From the NCBI GenBank assembly GCA_950097015.1, contig CATNEN010000001.1, forward strand, positions 24,366,001 through 24,430,000: a stretch of DNA of 64,000 bases. The letters run 5' to 3'. The stretch's first letter is position 1, and each line of letters opens with the position of its first letter. The position numbers and the translations under genes were made by a program. The notes below the pieces were generated by a model that was given only the letters and a program-made list of their open reading frames with translations, was not told the origin of the DNA and made no database searches. The DNA comes from Macrostomum hystrix. Lineage: Eukaryota > Animalia > Platyhelminthes. Positions 1-13,597 of the stretch are shown piece by piece.

Positions 1-124
1 ACAATTGTCCCGGGATTCAACGAGCCGTGTGGGATGCCAACATTCATAATGCATCATTTCTACGAAAATGAGAAACAGCGTAAATCTCTTGAGAACTGCT
101 CAACTGGTTGGGCGGGTTACTCAC

Positions 125-284
125 CCCATCCGATAGCCATGTAGTTTCCTGTGCTCAGCTTGGCTGTGGACATTGTGTTCACGAAGATCAGCATGTAGAG
201 GTGCAGAGCCTCGACTGAGACCCAGGCAAAACTGGCCAGCACACTGTACGTCATCAGAGCTTGGTTCGCTCGGCACGGAATGCT
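125..284 (-). CDS. GPCR exon: TM3-ICL2-start of TM4
   Basis: [53 protein letters not shown](G); ttgcag| acceptor and |gtgagt donor. Confidence 0.93.
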
Positions 285-3200
285 CTGCAATGAAATATTC
301 ATTCATTTCCAAATGTCTTCTATGGGTCGGCTTTGAGCCGCAGCCGCAAAAGTCTTTCGTAACCATAAAGTCTAAGGTGCACTGAGTTGTCGGATAATTA
401 GATCAGCTGCTCCATTACCGGGTCCCTAGATCAGCTGCTCCATTATCAGGTCTCTAGATCAGCTACTGTCCCTAGATCAGCTACTGTCCCTAGATCAGCT
501 ACTATGTCCCTAGATCAGCTACTGTCCCTAGATCAGCTACTATGTCCCTAGATCAGCTACTGTCCCTAGATCAGCTACTATGTCCCTAGATCAGCTACTG
601 TCCCTAGATCAGCTACTATGTCCCTAGATCAGCTACTGTCCCTAGATCAGCTACTGTCCCTATATCAGCTACTAAGTCCCTAGATCAGCTACTGTCCCTA
701 GATCAGCTACTGTCCCTAGATCAGCTAATGTCCCTAGATCAGCTACTGTCCCTAGATCAGCTACTATGTCCCTAGATCAGCTACTGTCCCTAGATCAGCT
801 ACTATGTCCCTAGATCAGCTACTGTCCCTAGATCAGCTACTGTCCCTAGATCAGCTACTAAGTCCCTAGATCAGCTACTGTCCCTAGATCAGCTACTGTC
901 CCTAGATCAGCTACTGTCCCTAGATCAGCTACTGTCCCTAGATCAGCTACTGTCCCTAGATCAGCTACTGTCCCTAGATCAGCTGCTCCATTATCAGGTC
1001 TCTAGATCAGCTACTGTCCCTAGATCAGCTACTGTCCCTAGATCAGCTACTATGTCCCTAGATCAGCTACTGTCCCTAGATCAGCTACTATGTCCCTAGA
1101 TCAGCTACTGTCCCTAGATCAGCTACTATGTCCCTAGATCAGCTACTGTCCCTAGATCAGCTACTATGTCCCTAGATCAGCTACTGTCCCTAGATCAGCT
1201 ACTGTCCCTATATCAGCTACTAAGTCCCTAGATCAGCTACTGTCCCTAGATCAGCTACTGTCCCTAGATCAGCTAATGTCCCTAGATCAGCTACTGTCCC
1301 TAGATCAGCTACTATGTCCCTAGATCAGCTACTGTCCCTAGATCAGCTACTATGTCCCTAGATCAGCTACTGTCCCTAGATCAGCTACTGTCCCTAGATC
1401 AGCTACTAAGTCCCTAGATCAGCTACTGTCCCTAGATCAGCTACTGTCCCTAGATCAGCTACTGTCCCTAGATCAGCTACTGTCCCTAGATCAGCTACTG
1501 TCCCTAGATCAGCTACTGTCCCTAGATCAGCTACTGTCCCTAGATCAGCTACTGTCCCTAGATCAGCTACTGTCCCTAGATCAGCTACTGTCCCTAGATC
1601 AGCTACTGTCCCTAGATCAGCTACTGTCCCTAGATCAGCTACTGTCCCTAGATCAGCTACTGTCCCTAGATCAGCTACTATGTCCCTAGATCAGCTACTA
1701 TGTCCCTAGATCAGCTACTGTCCCTAGATCAGCTACTGTCCCTAGATCAGCTACTATGTCCCTAGATCAGCTACTATGTCCCTAGATCAGCTACTGTCCC
1801 TAGATCAGCTACTGTCCCTAGATCAGCTACTATGTCCCTAGATCAGCTACTGTCCCTAGATCAGCTACTGTCCCTAGATCAGCTACTGTCCCTAGATCAG
1901 CTACTGTCCCTAGATCAGCTACTGTCCCTAGATCAGCTACTGTCCCTAGATCAGCTACTGTCCCTAGATCAGCTACTATGTCCCTAGATCAGCTACTGTC
2001 CCTAGATCAGCTACTGTCCCTAGATCAGCTACTGTCCCTAGATCAGCTACTGTCCCTAGATCAGCTACTGTCCCTAGATCGGCTACTGTCCCTAGATCAG
2101 CTACTGTCCCTAGATCAGCTACTGTCCCTAGATCAGCAACTGTCCCTAGATCAGCTACTATGTCCCTAGATCAGCTACTGTCCCTAGATCAGCTACTGTC
2201 CCTAGATCAGCTACTATGTCCCTAGATCAGCTACTGTGTCCGTGGAGTCGCAATGCTCCTCGGTCTCACCGGTTCATCATTGAGCACAAAGTAGGCTACA
2301 AAGTGACTGATGGCCCGCAGCATGAAGGCAACAAACAGGTTGATGTGGATGGCATTCCGTTGACAGTGCAGCCTCCTAAATATTCAAGTTTAGTTTTCGA
2401 GTTAGTTTACACATTTTGGGGATGAGTAATAAAACAGGCTGCGCTTATCCCACCTGAACGCGGCGAGCACAATGATGGCCAGCAGCAGGCAGGCCATAGA
2501 CAGCCCGTAGCCCACGTGACCCATGATGTGAATGGCCTGAATCACAGCGACAGGAATCTGTGAATAAAGATTAACAAATTTATTGCTTGACGCCATGCTG
2601 CACGACATAAAGTGGTTTCCTTGCCCAGAACCGCAGGTTGAAAAACTCATGAAGCTAATTGCTTTTCTCATAAACATTTACGATTCGTCCATCTGATCAA
2701 GTTAATTCCTTTTGCCCCTAAAGGCAGACATTTTTAGTAAGACTTTTCCATTTTGTGTTTCTTAATAATTGTAAGTGTTTATGCTAATTTTTTTTATTTC
2801 CATGCCGATACCGCCTTGGCAACCATATTCTTAACTAGATAGAACAAGGCAGAATTTCCAATACCCACATTTTTCTTTTTTCCATATCTCCCTATATGTC
2901 CAGATCTACCCAGATCTTCTAGATCTACCTACATCTGCCTAGATCTACCCAGACTTGTCTAGATCTACCCAGACTTGTCTAGATCTACCTATATCTGTCT
3001 AGATCTACCCAGATCTTCTAGATCTACCTACATCTGCCTAGATCTACCCAGATCTGTCTAGATCTACCTAGATCTGCCTAGATCTACCTATATCTGCCTA
3101 GATCTACCTATATCTGTCTAGATCTACCCAGACTTGTCTAGATCTACCCAGACTTGTCTAGATCTACCCAGATCTGTTTAGATCTACCCAGACCATACGT

Positions 3201-4693
3201 TGATGAGCCAGCAGCAGCAGCCACGGATTCACCTTGGTATTTTCCTCGTCCTTGAATGCGTAGCACTCGGTGAAGTTGGTCCAACCCTCCGCCATGGCTT
3301 CGGGACTTTTAGCCACGACGGAGTCCGGCCAGAGCCAGCTACCATTGGCCAGGCAGGTTCGCCAAGCCAGGCGGTTCCGGGAGAGATCGTTGAGGTGCCC
3401 TGGACAGGTCATGTAGACCCGGCTGTCAGCGGGAGCTCCGTGCCAGCAGAGCGCGCTGTCGAAGGCTGGCGGACAGCCTCCTCTGCCTCTGACGAATGAC
3501 ATCTGCATCAGCTTGCAGGTGATCTTCTCCAGTTTCACTCGTCTGAACTGGGTATCCTGGGACACGCGGGTCTTGGCCATCTGGAGCAGTTCAAAAACAA
3601 AAGCAATGACGTGTTGGGTTCATTGGATTGAATTGATCAGGGATTATCAATAAACAATCGGTGCGATAGAATAGGGGGTCAAGTGGTCACTCAAGGGGTA
3701 TAATCGTGGGAAGAATCGTGTCGGTAGAATCCAGGTGGTAGAATCCAGGGGGTAGAATCGAAAGGGTAGAATCCAGGGGGTAGAATAGAGTGGGTAGAAT
3801 CGGGTGGGGATAATCAAGGAGTATAATAGAGGGGATAGAAACTAGCAGGTAGAAACTAGAGGGTAGAATCGGGTGGGTAGAATCGGGTGGGTAGAATCGG
3901 GTGGGTAGAATCGGGTGGGTAGAATCGGGTGGGTAGAATCGAGGGGGTAGAATCGAGTTGAAGAATCGAGAGTGTAGAATCAAGAGGGTAGAATCAAGAG
4001 GGAAGAATCAAGAGGGTAGAATCGAGGGGGAGAATTGAGGGGGTAGTATTGTGGGGGTAGAATCGAGGGGGTAGAATTGAGGGGGTAGAATTGAGGGGGT
4101 AGAATTGAGGGGGTAGAATTGAGGGGGTAGAATTTAGGGGGTAGAATCGAGGGGGTAGAATCGAGGGGGTAGAATCGAGGGGGTAGAATCGAGGGGGTAG
4201 AATCGAGGGGGTAGAATCGAGGGGGTAGAATTGAGGGGGTAGAATCGAGGGGGTAGAATGTAGGGTTGAAAATAAGGTTAGATTTTAGAGGTAGAATTAG
4301 TTGTCGAAATGAAGCAGGCACGACTTTCTCATTGTGAGGCAGTGTACAGTTTCACAGCCGCCTCTTCGCCTGGCAGATTAAGTTTAAAATGAAGCTCAGC
4401 CTTTCTCTGCACTGAAAATGCTTCTCTGCACTTTTAATTCCACAGAAGCAGCAAGTTTCTGAGTCAATATTATTTCCGCTCGTGTTGTTTTTGATCAGTT
4501 TTGTATCGAATTGCGACAGATTTCGTAGAGGAGTGTTAAAAAGAAGCCAAATTTAGAATGAGATGACGCGCGGGTCAAAATGTCAGAACCGAAGGCACCT
4601 GGCGTGTTTAGTCGGCTCAGCAAATATTTCTCATGCCGCACTTTCCTAACCCGGCCTCTGGTTGGCAACAACCTGCCTGGCAGTAACTGGCTT

Positions 4694-4756
<63 letters not shown>

Positions 4757-6594
4757 CTCTAAATAGTAAGACTCAGAGTCGGAACTCAAGGTCAGTCACA
4801 GAAAAACGTTGAGCACAAACGTTGAGAAAATGAATAGTAAGAAAAAAGTTTTTTAACGGAGCAGAAGGGAGGGATTTAAAAAAGTGGAAATTTTGAAATT
4901 TTACCCCAATCCTATTCTATTTTCGAGAATTTCTAATCCTTGCTCATTTCGCTTTTCAGAAAAATTAGGAATAGGAATATTTTTTTCTCTCGCTGAAATG
5001 GAAGGGTAGCATTGTGTGCAGTTCTCTAGATCAAGCATTTTTTCTAAGAATGAGCTCTCGCGAGCGACTGATAAGAGAGACTGACTGGCCGAAAGCCGAC
5101 ATCAGCTGATTCTGAAACTGCTGGCAGGATTGGGAGTGGGGCGGTCAGGGACTGCTCAGGATGAGGAATGCGAGAGCACAGCTGCTCGGAGATGGGGGGC
5201 CGTCTACCGAAATTTGATATTCAAGTGTTGCAGCATTTTCTTAACGACAGGAAGGGAGATTAGCGTAGCGCATCGATACAAACCATCGATTGCTGGAGCG
5301 GTAAATGCGCTGCAGCTTGGCAATTTTTATGATTCACAATTTAACTGGCGGAATGCCATTTACTTTTGTCATTTTAACATTTATGTACTGCCTGCTTAAT
5401 CCTGTCTCCTTCCTTAATCCAGTCCTTAATCCTGTCTGCTTAATAAAGCCAGTTTTTTTATATTATCTGCACCTATCTGATCCATGTACAATGAGATTCC
5501 ACGAGATTCCGTGAGATTCCACGATATTCCACGAGATTCCACGAGATTCCACGAGATCTCACGAGATTGCATGAGATCTTACGAGATTCCATGAGATTGC
5601 ATGAGATTCCATGAGATTCCATGAGATTCCATGAGATTCCACGAGATCTCACGAGATCTCACGAGATTACATGAGATCTTACGAGATTCCATGAGATTCC
5701 ATGAGATTCCATTAGATTCCACGAGATCTCACGAGATTACATGAGATCTTACGAGATTCCATGAGATTCCATGAGATTCCATGAGATTCCACGAGATTTC
5801 ACGAGATCTCTCGAGATTACATGAGATCTCACGAGGTTACATGAGATTCCACGAGATTTCATGAGATCTCACGAGATTACATGAGATCTTACGACGTTAC
5901 ATGAGATCTTACGAGGTTACATGAGATCTCACGAGGTTACATGAGATTCCACGAGATTTCATGAGATCTCACGAGGTTACATGAGATTCCACGAGATTTC
6001 ATGAGATCTCACGAGGTTACATGAGATTCCACGAGATTTCATGAGATCTCACGAGGTTACATGAGATTCCACGAGATTTCATGAGATCTCACGAGGTTAC
6101 ATGAGATTCCCTGTGATTCGACAACGCCAAAAGCCGCACTGAATCCAAGGAATCAGTCTGGTCTGACGAAGTCTCACCAGTCTAGCCACCGTGTTGTACA
6201 GGCCACGCGGCGAGCAGCTGCTGTAGTTGGTGTACGAGCTGTCAATGACAATGAGCTTATTCGGCCTGTAGCTGTCATCCGCCGGCTCCTTCTCCGGCGT
6301 CGCCCTCGACTCCCAGTTGCCGTCGCCTCCGCAGCGCCTGGTCGCCGAGCCGGACGCGAAGACCTCAGCCGGGCAGGGCAGGTTGAGGCGGGTGCCAGCC
6401 GGGGTCCGCGGCCAGCAGATGAACCCGTCGAAGGAGTCCGGGCAGTGCGGCAGAGATGGCGACGTGGCATTCATGGGAGCCCAAAGCTGCTTTAGCAGGG
6501 CCTGCCGGATCTGGATGCCCGACTGCAGGCAGTCTGTCTCCCGCTTCTTCAGGGCCGCCTGCGCCGACTCTACCTGGGCCTGATCCCAATTGGC
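125..6594 (-). CDS. Class B1 (secretin-family) GPCR with two tandem hormone-binding ectodomains; partial (TM4 onward lies left of the window, 5' end unresolved)
   Basis: Exons 6594-6178, 3580-3233, 2557-2454, 2375-2270 and 284-125 are all AG/GT-flanked with matching phases (0,0,2,0,1). Motifs: [11 protein letters not shown] and [11 protein letters not shown] (ectodomains), GYGLSMACL (TM1), [15 protein letters not shown] (ICL1/TM2), [10 protein letters not shown] (TM3), IGWG (TM4). Confidence 0.92.
398..2236. repeat. 18/20-bp minisatellite (CCCTAGATCAGCTACT[AT]GT)n
   Basis: Direct reading; includes a 548-bp internal duplication. Confidence 0.97.
2270..2375 (-). CDS. GPCR exon: ICL1/TM2
   Basis: [35 protein letters not shown]; follows a 78-nt intron; donor gtgaga. 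Confidence 0.93.
2454..2557 (-). CDS. GPCR exon: TM1
   Basis: [34 protein letters not shown](R); ttcacag| acceptor and |gtggga donor. Confidence 0.92.
2900..3192. repeat. 10/20-bp minisatellite (AGATCTACCC/AGACTTGTCT)
   Basis: Direct reading. Confidence 0.93.
3233..3580 (-). CDS. GPCR exon: hormone-binding ectodomain 2
   Basis: 348 nt, phase 0-0, ctccag|ATG...AAG|gtgaat. Encodes ITC...[16 protein letters not shown]...TCP...RTCLANGSW...WTNFTEC, with six cysteines. Confidence 0.92.
3705..4262. repeat. 14-bp minisatellite (AGAATCGAGGGGGT)n
   Basis: Direct reading. Confidence 0.93.
4695..4753. repeat. (CA)n microsatellite
   Basis: Direct reading. Confidence 0.97.
5491..6110. repeat. 10-bp minisatellite (AYGAGATTCC)n
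   Basis: Direct reading. Confidence 0.95.
6178..6594 (-). CDS. GPCR exon: hormone-binding ectodomain 1
   Basis: 417 nt, phase 0-0, cgctag|GCC...CTG|gtgaga. Encodes [26 protein letters not shown]...[18 protein letters not shown]...PCP...RRCGGDGNW...TNYSSC, with six cysteines. Confidence 0.9.
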
Positions 6595-6611
6595 CTAGCG
6601 GGTGCGGGGTG

Positions 6612-8105
6612 GGGGAGAAGTAGGTTGGGAGAGAAGTAGGTTGGGAGAGAAGTAGGTTGTGAGAGAAGTAGGTTGGGTGAGAAGTAGGTTGGGTGAGAAG
6701 TAGGTTGGGTGAGAAGTAGGTTGGGTGAGAAGTAGGTTGGGAGAGAAGCAGGTTGGGAGAGAAGTAGGTTGGGTGATTAGTAGGTTGGGTGAGAAGTAGG
6801 TTGGGTGAGAAGTAGGTTGGGTGAGAAGTAGGTTGGGTGAGAAGTAGGTTGGGTGATTAGTAGGTTGGGTGAGAAGTAGGTTGGGTGAGAAGTAGGTTGG
6901 GTGAGAAGTAGGTTGGGTGAGAAGTAGTTTGAGAGAGAAGTAGGTTGGGTGAGAAGTAGGTTGAGAGAGAAGTAGGTTGGGTGAGAAGTAGGTTGGGAGA
7001 GAAGTAGGTTGTGAGAGAAGTAGGTTGGGTGAGAAGTAGGTTGGGTGAGAAGTAGGTTGGGTGAGAAGTAGGTTGGGAGAGAAGCAGGTTGGGAGAGAAG
7101 TAGGTTGGGTGATTAGTAGGTTGGGTGAGAAGTAGGTTGGGTGAGAAGTAGGTTGAGAGAGAAGTAGGTTGGGTGAGAAGTAGGTTGAGAGAGAAGTAGG
7201 TTGGGTGAGAAGTAGGTTGAGAGAGAAGTAGGTTGGGTGAGAAGTAGGTTGGGTGAGAAGTAGGTTGGGTGAGAAGTAGGTTGGGTGAGAAGTAGGTTGG
7301 GTGAGAAGTAGGTTGGGAGAGAAGTAGGTTGGGAGAGAAGTAGGTTAGGTGATTAGTAGGTTGGGTGAGAAGTAGGTTGGGTGAGAAGTAGGTTGAGAGA
7401 GAAGTAGGTTGGGTGAGAAGTAGGTTGGGTGAGAAGTAGGTTGAGAGAGAAGTAGGTTGGGTGAGAAGTAGGTTGGGTGAGAAGTAGGTTGAGAGAGAAG
7501 TAGGTTGGGTGAGAAGTAGGTTGAGAGAGAAGTAGGTTGGGTGAGAAGTAGGTTGAGAGAGAAGTAGGTTGGGTGAGAAGTAGGTTGAGAGAGAAGTAGG
7601 TTGGGTGATTAGTAGGTTGGGTGAGAAGTAGGTTGGGTGAGAAGTAGGTTGAGAGAGAAGTAGGTTGGGTGAGAAGTAGGTTGGGTGAGAAGTAGGTTGG
7701 GTGAGAAGTAGGTTGGGTGAGAAGTAGGTTGGGTGAGAAGTAGGTTGGGAGAGAAGCAGGTTGGGAGAGAAGTAGGTTGGGTGATTAGTAGATTGGGTGA
7801 GAAGTAGGTTGGGTGAGAAGTAGGTTGAGAGAGAAGTAGGTTGGGTGAGAAGTAGGTTGGGTGATAAGTAGGTTGGGTGATAAGTAGGTTGGGTGAGAAG
7901 TAGGTTGAGAGAGAAGTACGTTGGGTGAGAAGTAGGTTGGGTGATAAGTGGGTTGGGTGAGAAGTAGGTTGGGTGAGAAGTAGGTTGGGTGATAAGTGGG
8001 TTGGGTGAGAAGTAGGTTGGGTGAGAAGTAGGTTGAGAGAGAAGTACGTTGGGTGAGAAGTAGTTTGGTTGAGAAGTGGGTTGGGTGAGAAGTAGGTTGG
8101 TGAGA
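6612..8105. repeat. 16-bp minisatellite (GAGAAGTAGGTTGGGT)n
   Basis: Direct reading. Confidence 0.97.
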
Positions 8106-8930
8106 GGATAGAGACCTTGGAAGGGAGAAGTAGAAAAAATAAAGAAGTAGATAGAGGAGAGGAGTGGTCAGTAGATAGCGAGAGAAGTAGATAGAGAGAA
8201 AAGTAGATAATTAGACACCTGATGGGTAGAGAAGTAGGTAATGAGACAAGTAGGTAGGTCAACAAGTAGGTAGGGAAAGAAGTAGATATAGAGAAAGTAT
8301 ATTCAGAAAAAAGTACATCGTGAGGAGTATACCGAGAGAAGCAGATGAAGAGAAGTAGACAGGTTGAAAGGATACGATTGGTCTGAGCAAAATGTACTGC
8401 AGTGTCTGGTGCAGTCTGGAGTAGCTGAGCTGCAGTTTGAGCAGTCAGCGAGGTGGAGTGCTGAATTAGATAACACACAATTGCATTATGATCCGAGCTA
8501 ATCAGATCAGAACGGAGAGTTCAGCAGATGAAGCAGACACCTCAATGCTTGGAGCAATTTGTCTCAGTTTGACTTTAGTCCAACTCCCTGACTGTGCAAG
8601 ATAAATTTGTCTCCTAAAACTGCGGGCAGGCAGAGGTTCCGGAAGAACACACCTTCATCATTTGACGACTCATTAAAATGCTCAATATGAAGAGAGTGAG
8701 TTCGCCGGAACTCGTTAGCAACTGAAACACAATGAGCTTCCTTGCATCTGGGAGGCGTCTCCCGTGCCCATCACATGAGAGCCGGCCCCACCCTGTTTTC
8801 GCGTGTGAAATAGAAATTTCTAGAAATTTGTTTTTGAGGAGTTGCTACACTGGCTGAGTTCCACTGCTCAACTGGATACGGCTGTGCTCAGCTGGAGAGA
8901 AAAATCTGCCGGAGCTAGATTTGACTGTAT

Positions 8931-9688
8931 CAGACTAGACTAGATTAGACTAGATTAGATTAGATTAGACTAGACTAGACTAGATTAGATTAGACTAGAT
9001 TAGACTAGACTAGACTAGATTAGACTAGATTAGACTAGATTAGATTAGATTAGACTAGACTAGACTAGATTAGATTAGACTAGATTAGACTAGATTTGAC
9101 TAGATTAGATTAGACTAGACTAGATTAGATTAGATTAGACTAGATTAGACTAGATTAGACTAGACTAGATTAGATTAGACTAGACTAGATTAGACTAGAT
9201 TAGATTAGACTAGATTAGATTAGATTAGATTAGAATAGACTAGATTAGATTAGACTAGACTAGACTAGATTTGACTAGATTAGATTAGACTAGACTAGAT
9301 TAGATTAGATTAGACTAGATTAGACTAGATTAGACTAGATTAGACTAGACTAGACTAGATTAGACTAGATTAGACTAGACTAGACTAGATTAGATTAGAC
9401 TAGACTAGATTAGACTAGATTAGATTAGATGAGACTAGACTAGACTAGATTAGACTAGATTAGATTAGACTAGACTAGATTAGATTAGACTAGATTAGAC
9501 TAGATTAGATTAGATTAGATTAAACTAGATTAGATTAGATTAGACTAGATTAGATTAGACTAGATTAGATTAGATTAGATTAGACTGTATCAGGCTAGAC
9601 TATATTATATTAGACTAGATTAGACTAGGTTAGATTAGATTAGATTAGACTGTATCAGGCTAGCCTATATTAGATTAAGACTAGATTA
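8931..9688. repeat. Pentanucleotide array (TAGAY)n
   Basis: Direct reading. Confidence 0.97.
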
Positions 9689-10496
9689 AAAAACATTTAA
9701 AAGCCAGCTGCAAATCTAATTAACTATTGCATCATCCCTGACGTATCGCACCAGCGGTACTAGCAATCTTAACTGCCGTCGCGTGATCGATTCCCAGGTG
9801 TGCGGTATTCGAGGACACCCGAGGAAAGCCGTGGTTTATAGGAAAACTTTTCCTTCTAAAAGCAGCAGCAGCAGAGACAGGTGAAAAAAACGACAGTTAG
9901 TATTTTGCGTGCACAAAAACACAACCGGTGAATCCACGGTTGATTTATTGACTCCCCCCAGGTAGATATTTGAAACTCCCAGCCTGAGCTGAGAGACCCC
10001 GAGGGAAACAAGTGGAGCTCCCTAATTAGTAATCCGAACTCCGAGAGGCTCGATTCGAGCATAAAAAGGCGCAGGTAGGACGGCGGTTCGAGTTTGCCAG
10101 CTTATTTCTGGAATCCGGGAATTATTTTTGGGTGATTTGCCATCGCGGTTCACAGGTGGCTGTGCTGCTGAGCTGGGCGATTTCGGGATAATGAGTAAGT
10201 AAGAAGTAATAGGTTAGGACTCAGAATTCGGCTGGAGCTAATGAGTAGATACTCCGCTGAGTAAAGTGCAACACAAAAGGAATAGTGCGTTATTAATAAT
10301 TAGTTAGCTTTTGAGAACACCTGCGCAATGTAGGAACCTGATAGAATTGTACGAACTGATTTGGGATCTGATTGACGGTGTGAAACAGGGCAAAACTGTG
10401 AGTGACATCTTAACGGAATATGCTATGAGACGTTAGACTGACAATGAGATTAAGACTGGAGAGTGACACTAAGAGTGACAATGAGAGTGACACTGA

Positions 10497-11230
10497 GAAT
10501 TGGCATTGGGAGAATGACAGTGGGACAGTGGGAGAATGGCAGTGGGAGAATGGCAGTGGAAAAATGGCAGTGGGAGAATGGCAGTGGCAGAATGGCAGTG
10601 GGAGAATGGCAGTGGGAGAATGGCAGTGGGTGAATAGCATTGGCAGAAGGGCAGTGGGAGAATGGCAGTGGGACAGTGGGAGAATGGCAGTGGGAGAATG
10701 ACAGTGGGACAGTGGGAGAATGGCAGTGGGAGAATGGCAGTGGGACAGTGGGAGAATGGCAGTGGGAGAATGGCCGTGGGACAGTGGGAGAATGGGAGTG
10801 GGAGAATGGGAGTGTGAGAATGGCAGTGGCAGAATGGCAGTGGGAGAATGGCAGTGGGAGAATGGCAGTGGGTGAATAGCATTGGCAGAAGGGCAGTGGG
10901 AGAATGGTAGTGGGACAGTGGGAGAATGGCAGTGGGAGAATGGCAGTGGGAGAATGGCAGTGGCAGAAGGGCAGTGGGACAGTGGGAGAATGGCAGTGGG
11001 AGAATGGCAGTGGGACAGTGGGAGAATGGGAGTGGGAGAATGGGAGTGTGAGAATGGCAGTGGCAGAATGGCAGTGGGAGAATGGCAGTGGGTGAATAGC
11101 ATTGGCAGAAGGGCAGTGGGAGAATGGCAGTGGGAGAATGGCAGTGGGACAGTGGGAGAATGGGAGTGGGAGAATGGGAGTGTGAGAATGGCAGTGGCAG
11201 AATGGCAGTGGGAGAATGGCAGTGGGAGTG
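10497..11230. repeat. Compound 14/8-bp minisatellite (GGGAGAATGGCAGT / GGGACAGT)
   Basis: Direct reading. Confidence 0.95.
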
Positions 11231-12139
11231 CCCAAGACTGAAAATAAGAACTTGCCTGTCATATGGCCCATCTCGCAGCCTTTCGAAATAAGCTAAAAAA
11301 TTTCTGCGAACTCATTCAATTTGACCGCCCATGCCGTGTCAAATATAATTGACGAAAAACCCCGAGGCGCCAAAGAAACTAAAAACAGAATCTGGGCCCA
11401 GTCAGTGGGTAGGGCTGCACGGGTCTTTGCCGTCTTGTTTTTCTGAAGATTTCATATCACGTGACCTGAGATTTAAGTCCTAGACCTTTCAGCTAGACCT
11501 AGGCACAGGCATGGTGAACTCAAGTAGCCTAGGTGTACTCAAGTCTACGGACTCAGATTAATAGGGCCTCGCCGTGGAATCGAACTCAGGACCTTGTGTA
11601 AAATGTAAAAGCAAGGCAGCAAATATCTTACCGATGCCAAATGTCCAAAGTAGATTATTGTTAGGAAAATTGTTAGACAAAATTTATCTGTAAACTTCAT
11701 TGTTATGCTGACAGGTAGAAAAAAACAGCACTGGGTTGGATTGCAGCTTGAGCATATTGTGTGGTAGAGTGAGTCTAATATTTATGCTTTGGTTAAAATT
11801 CCGAGGAATTGGGAAAACAACTCTGCCCACGCTGGCCCTTCCGTGTGGTCAGATGGAGAGCCTTTTGACCAATGAAAGCCGGGCTGGTCTGTGATTGGCT
11901 GTCCTCCTGAGTCACGCCTGGGTTGGTGGTTGGTGTGGACTCAGGAGATGGTTTGGGGAGGATTGGAATTCTCTAGTTTGACTGTCCGAGCGGCTTAGAT
12001 CAAAGGCTTTGCCAACGGAATGGGGGGAAGGTAGTTTTCACAGATTGTGGGGGGCTGTGTGAGATTATGGGAGTTTCAACACCGTGAAATTATGACAGGG
12101 GGCTGGTTTCGATTGGCGAGGGAGGGAAAAAGCAGAATA

Positions 12140-12985
12140 GAGAGAAGGGGAAGAGGAGATTATTGGAAGAGGAGAGAAGGAGAATAGGAGATAATGGAAA
12201 GTGGAAAGAAGGGGAAGAGAAGAGACGGGGAAGAGGAGAGAAGGGGAAGAGGAGAGAAGGGGAAGAGGAGAGAAGGGGAAGAGGAGAGAAGGGGAAGAGG
12301 AGAGAAGGGGAAGAGGAGAGAAGGGGAATAGGAGATAAAGGAAAGACGAGAGATTGGGAAGTGGAGAGAAGGGGAAGAGGAGAGATTGGGAAGAGGAGAG
12401 ATTGGGAAGAGGAGAGATTGGGAAGAGGAGATAAGGGGACGAGGAGAGAAGGGAAGAGGAGAGATTGGGAAGAGGAGAGATTGGGAAGAGGAGATAAGGG
12501 GACGAGGAGAGAAGGGAAGAGGAGAGATTGGGAAGAGGAGAGATTGGGAAGAGGAGAGAAGGGGAAGAGGAGAGATTGGGAAGAGGAGAGATTGGGAAGA
12601 GGAGAGATTGGGAAGAGGAGAGATTGGGAAGAGGAGATAAGGGGACGAGGAGAGAAGGGAAGAGGAGAGATTGGGAAGAGGAGAGATTGGGAAGAGGAGA
12701 GAAGGAGAAGAGGAGAGATTGGGAAGAGGAGAGAAGGGGAAGAGGAGAGATTGGGAAGAGGAGAGATTGGGAAGAGGAGAGATTGGGAAGAGGAGATAAG
12801 GGGACGAGGAGAGAAGGGGAAGAGGAGAGAAGGGGAAGAGGAGAGAAGGGAAGAGGAGAGAAGGGAAGAGGAGAGAAGGGGAAGAGGAGAGAAGGGAAGA
12901 GGAGAGAAGGGGAAGAGGAGAGAAGGGGAAGAGGAGAGAAGGGGAAGAGGAGAGAAAGGGAAGAGGAGAGAAGGAGAAGAGGAGT
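12140..12985. repeat. Purine-rich minisatellite, about 16-17 bp (GGGAAGAGGAGAGA[TT/AG])
   Basis: Direct reading. Confidence 0.95.
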
Positions 12986-13597
12986 GGAAGGGGAGTGGAG
13001 TGTAAGTCGCAGTGTGAAAGATTGTATGCAAAAGTTATGAAGTTAGAAAATTTTGAGCCGGTCACTACTACGAGACAGGAATTACTCGTATAAAGCTCCA
13101 TTAGCTATGTTAGAAGAGGGAGAACTGACGGGAGAAGCATGGATGATGAGTGCAATGACACACAGAATAAATTGTGCCCATCAGTAAACAGAGAATAGTG
13201 GAATGGCGGAACTGATAGGGCAAAATCAATAGAGACACGAATGTTGGCCAGGTAGGTTGGGCTTCTCAATGCGGTGGATTACCTGTCGTATCCATGCGTC
13301 TAAGTAGATATAGCGGGCATTGAGGCTGACTCAACTCTCATACTGTCTTAATACAACTAGAGTCAATTGAGAGACAATGTGATGCAGAACAAATGCGACA
13401 TTAGTGCCCGTGCTTGACAATAAGCCCTGTACTTCAAAGCTGTTTGGCATGTCTGCCCTACAATAATGTTTTGCTTTTCAGTCTAGTACTTGTGAACAGC
13501 TTCAGAGGGAAGTCTTACAGTTGACAGTGGGTGGGTAACTGGGACACTGAAGGAGAAAATATTATTGTCTCACAGTGGGATATTACAGCGATCCTCA

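Noticed and set aside
8398-8460. Possible extra GPCR exon (HSTSLTAQTAAQLLQTAPDTA)
   Set aside because: Weak donor (gtacat) and no homology support.
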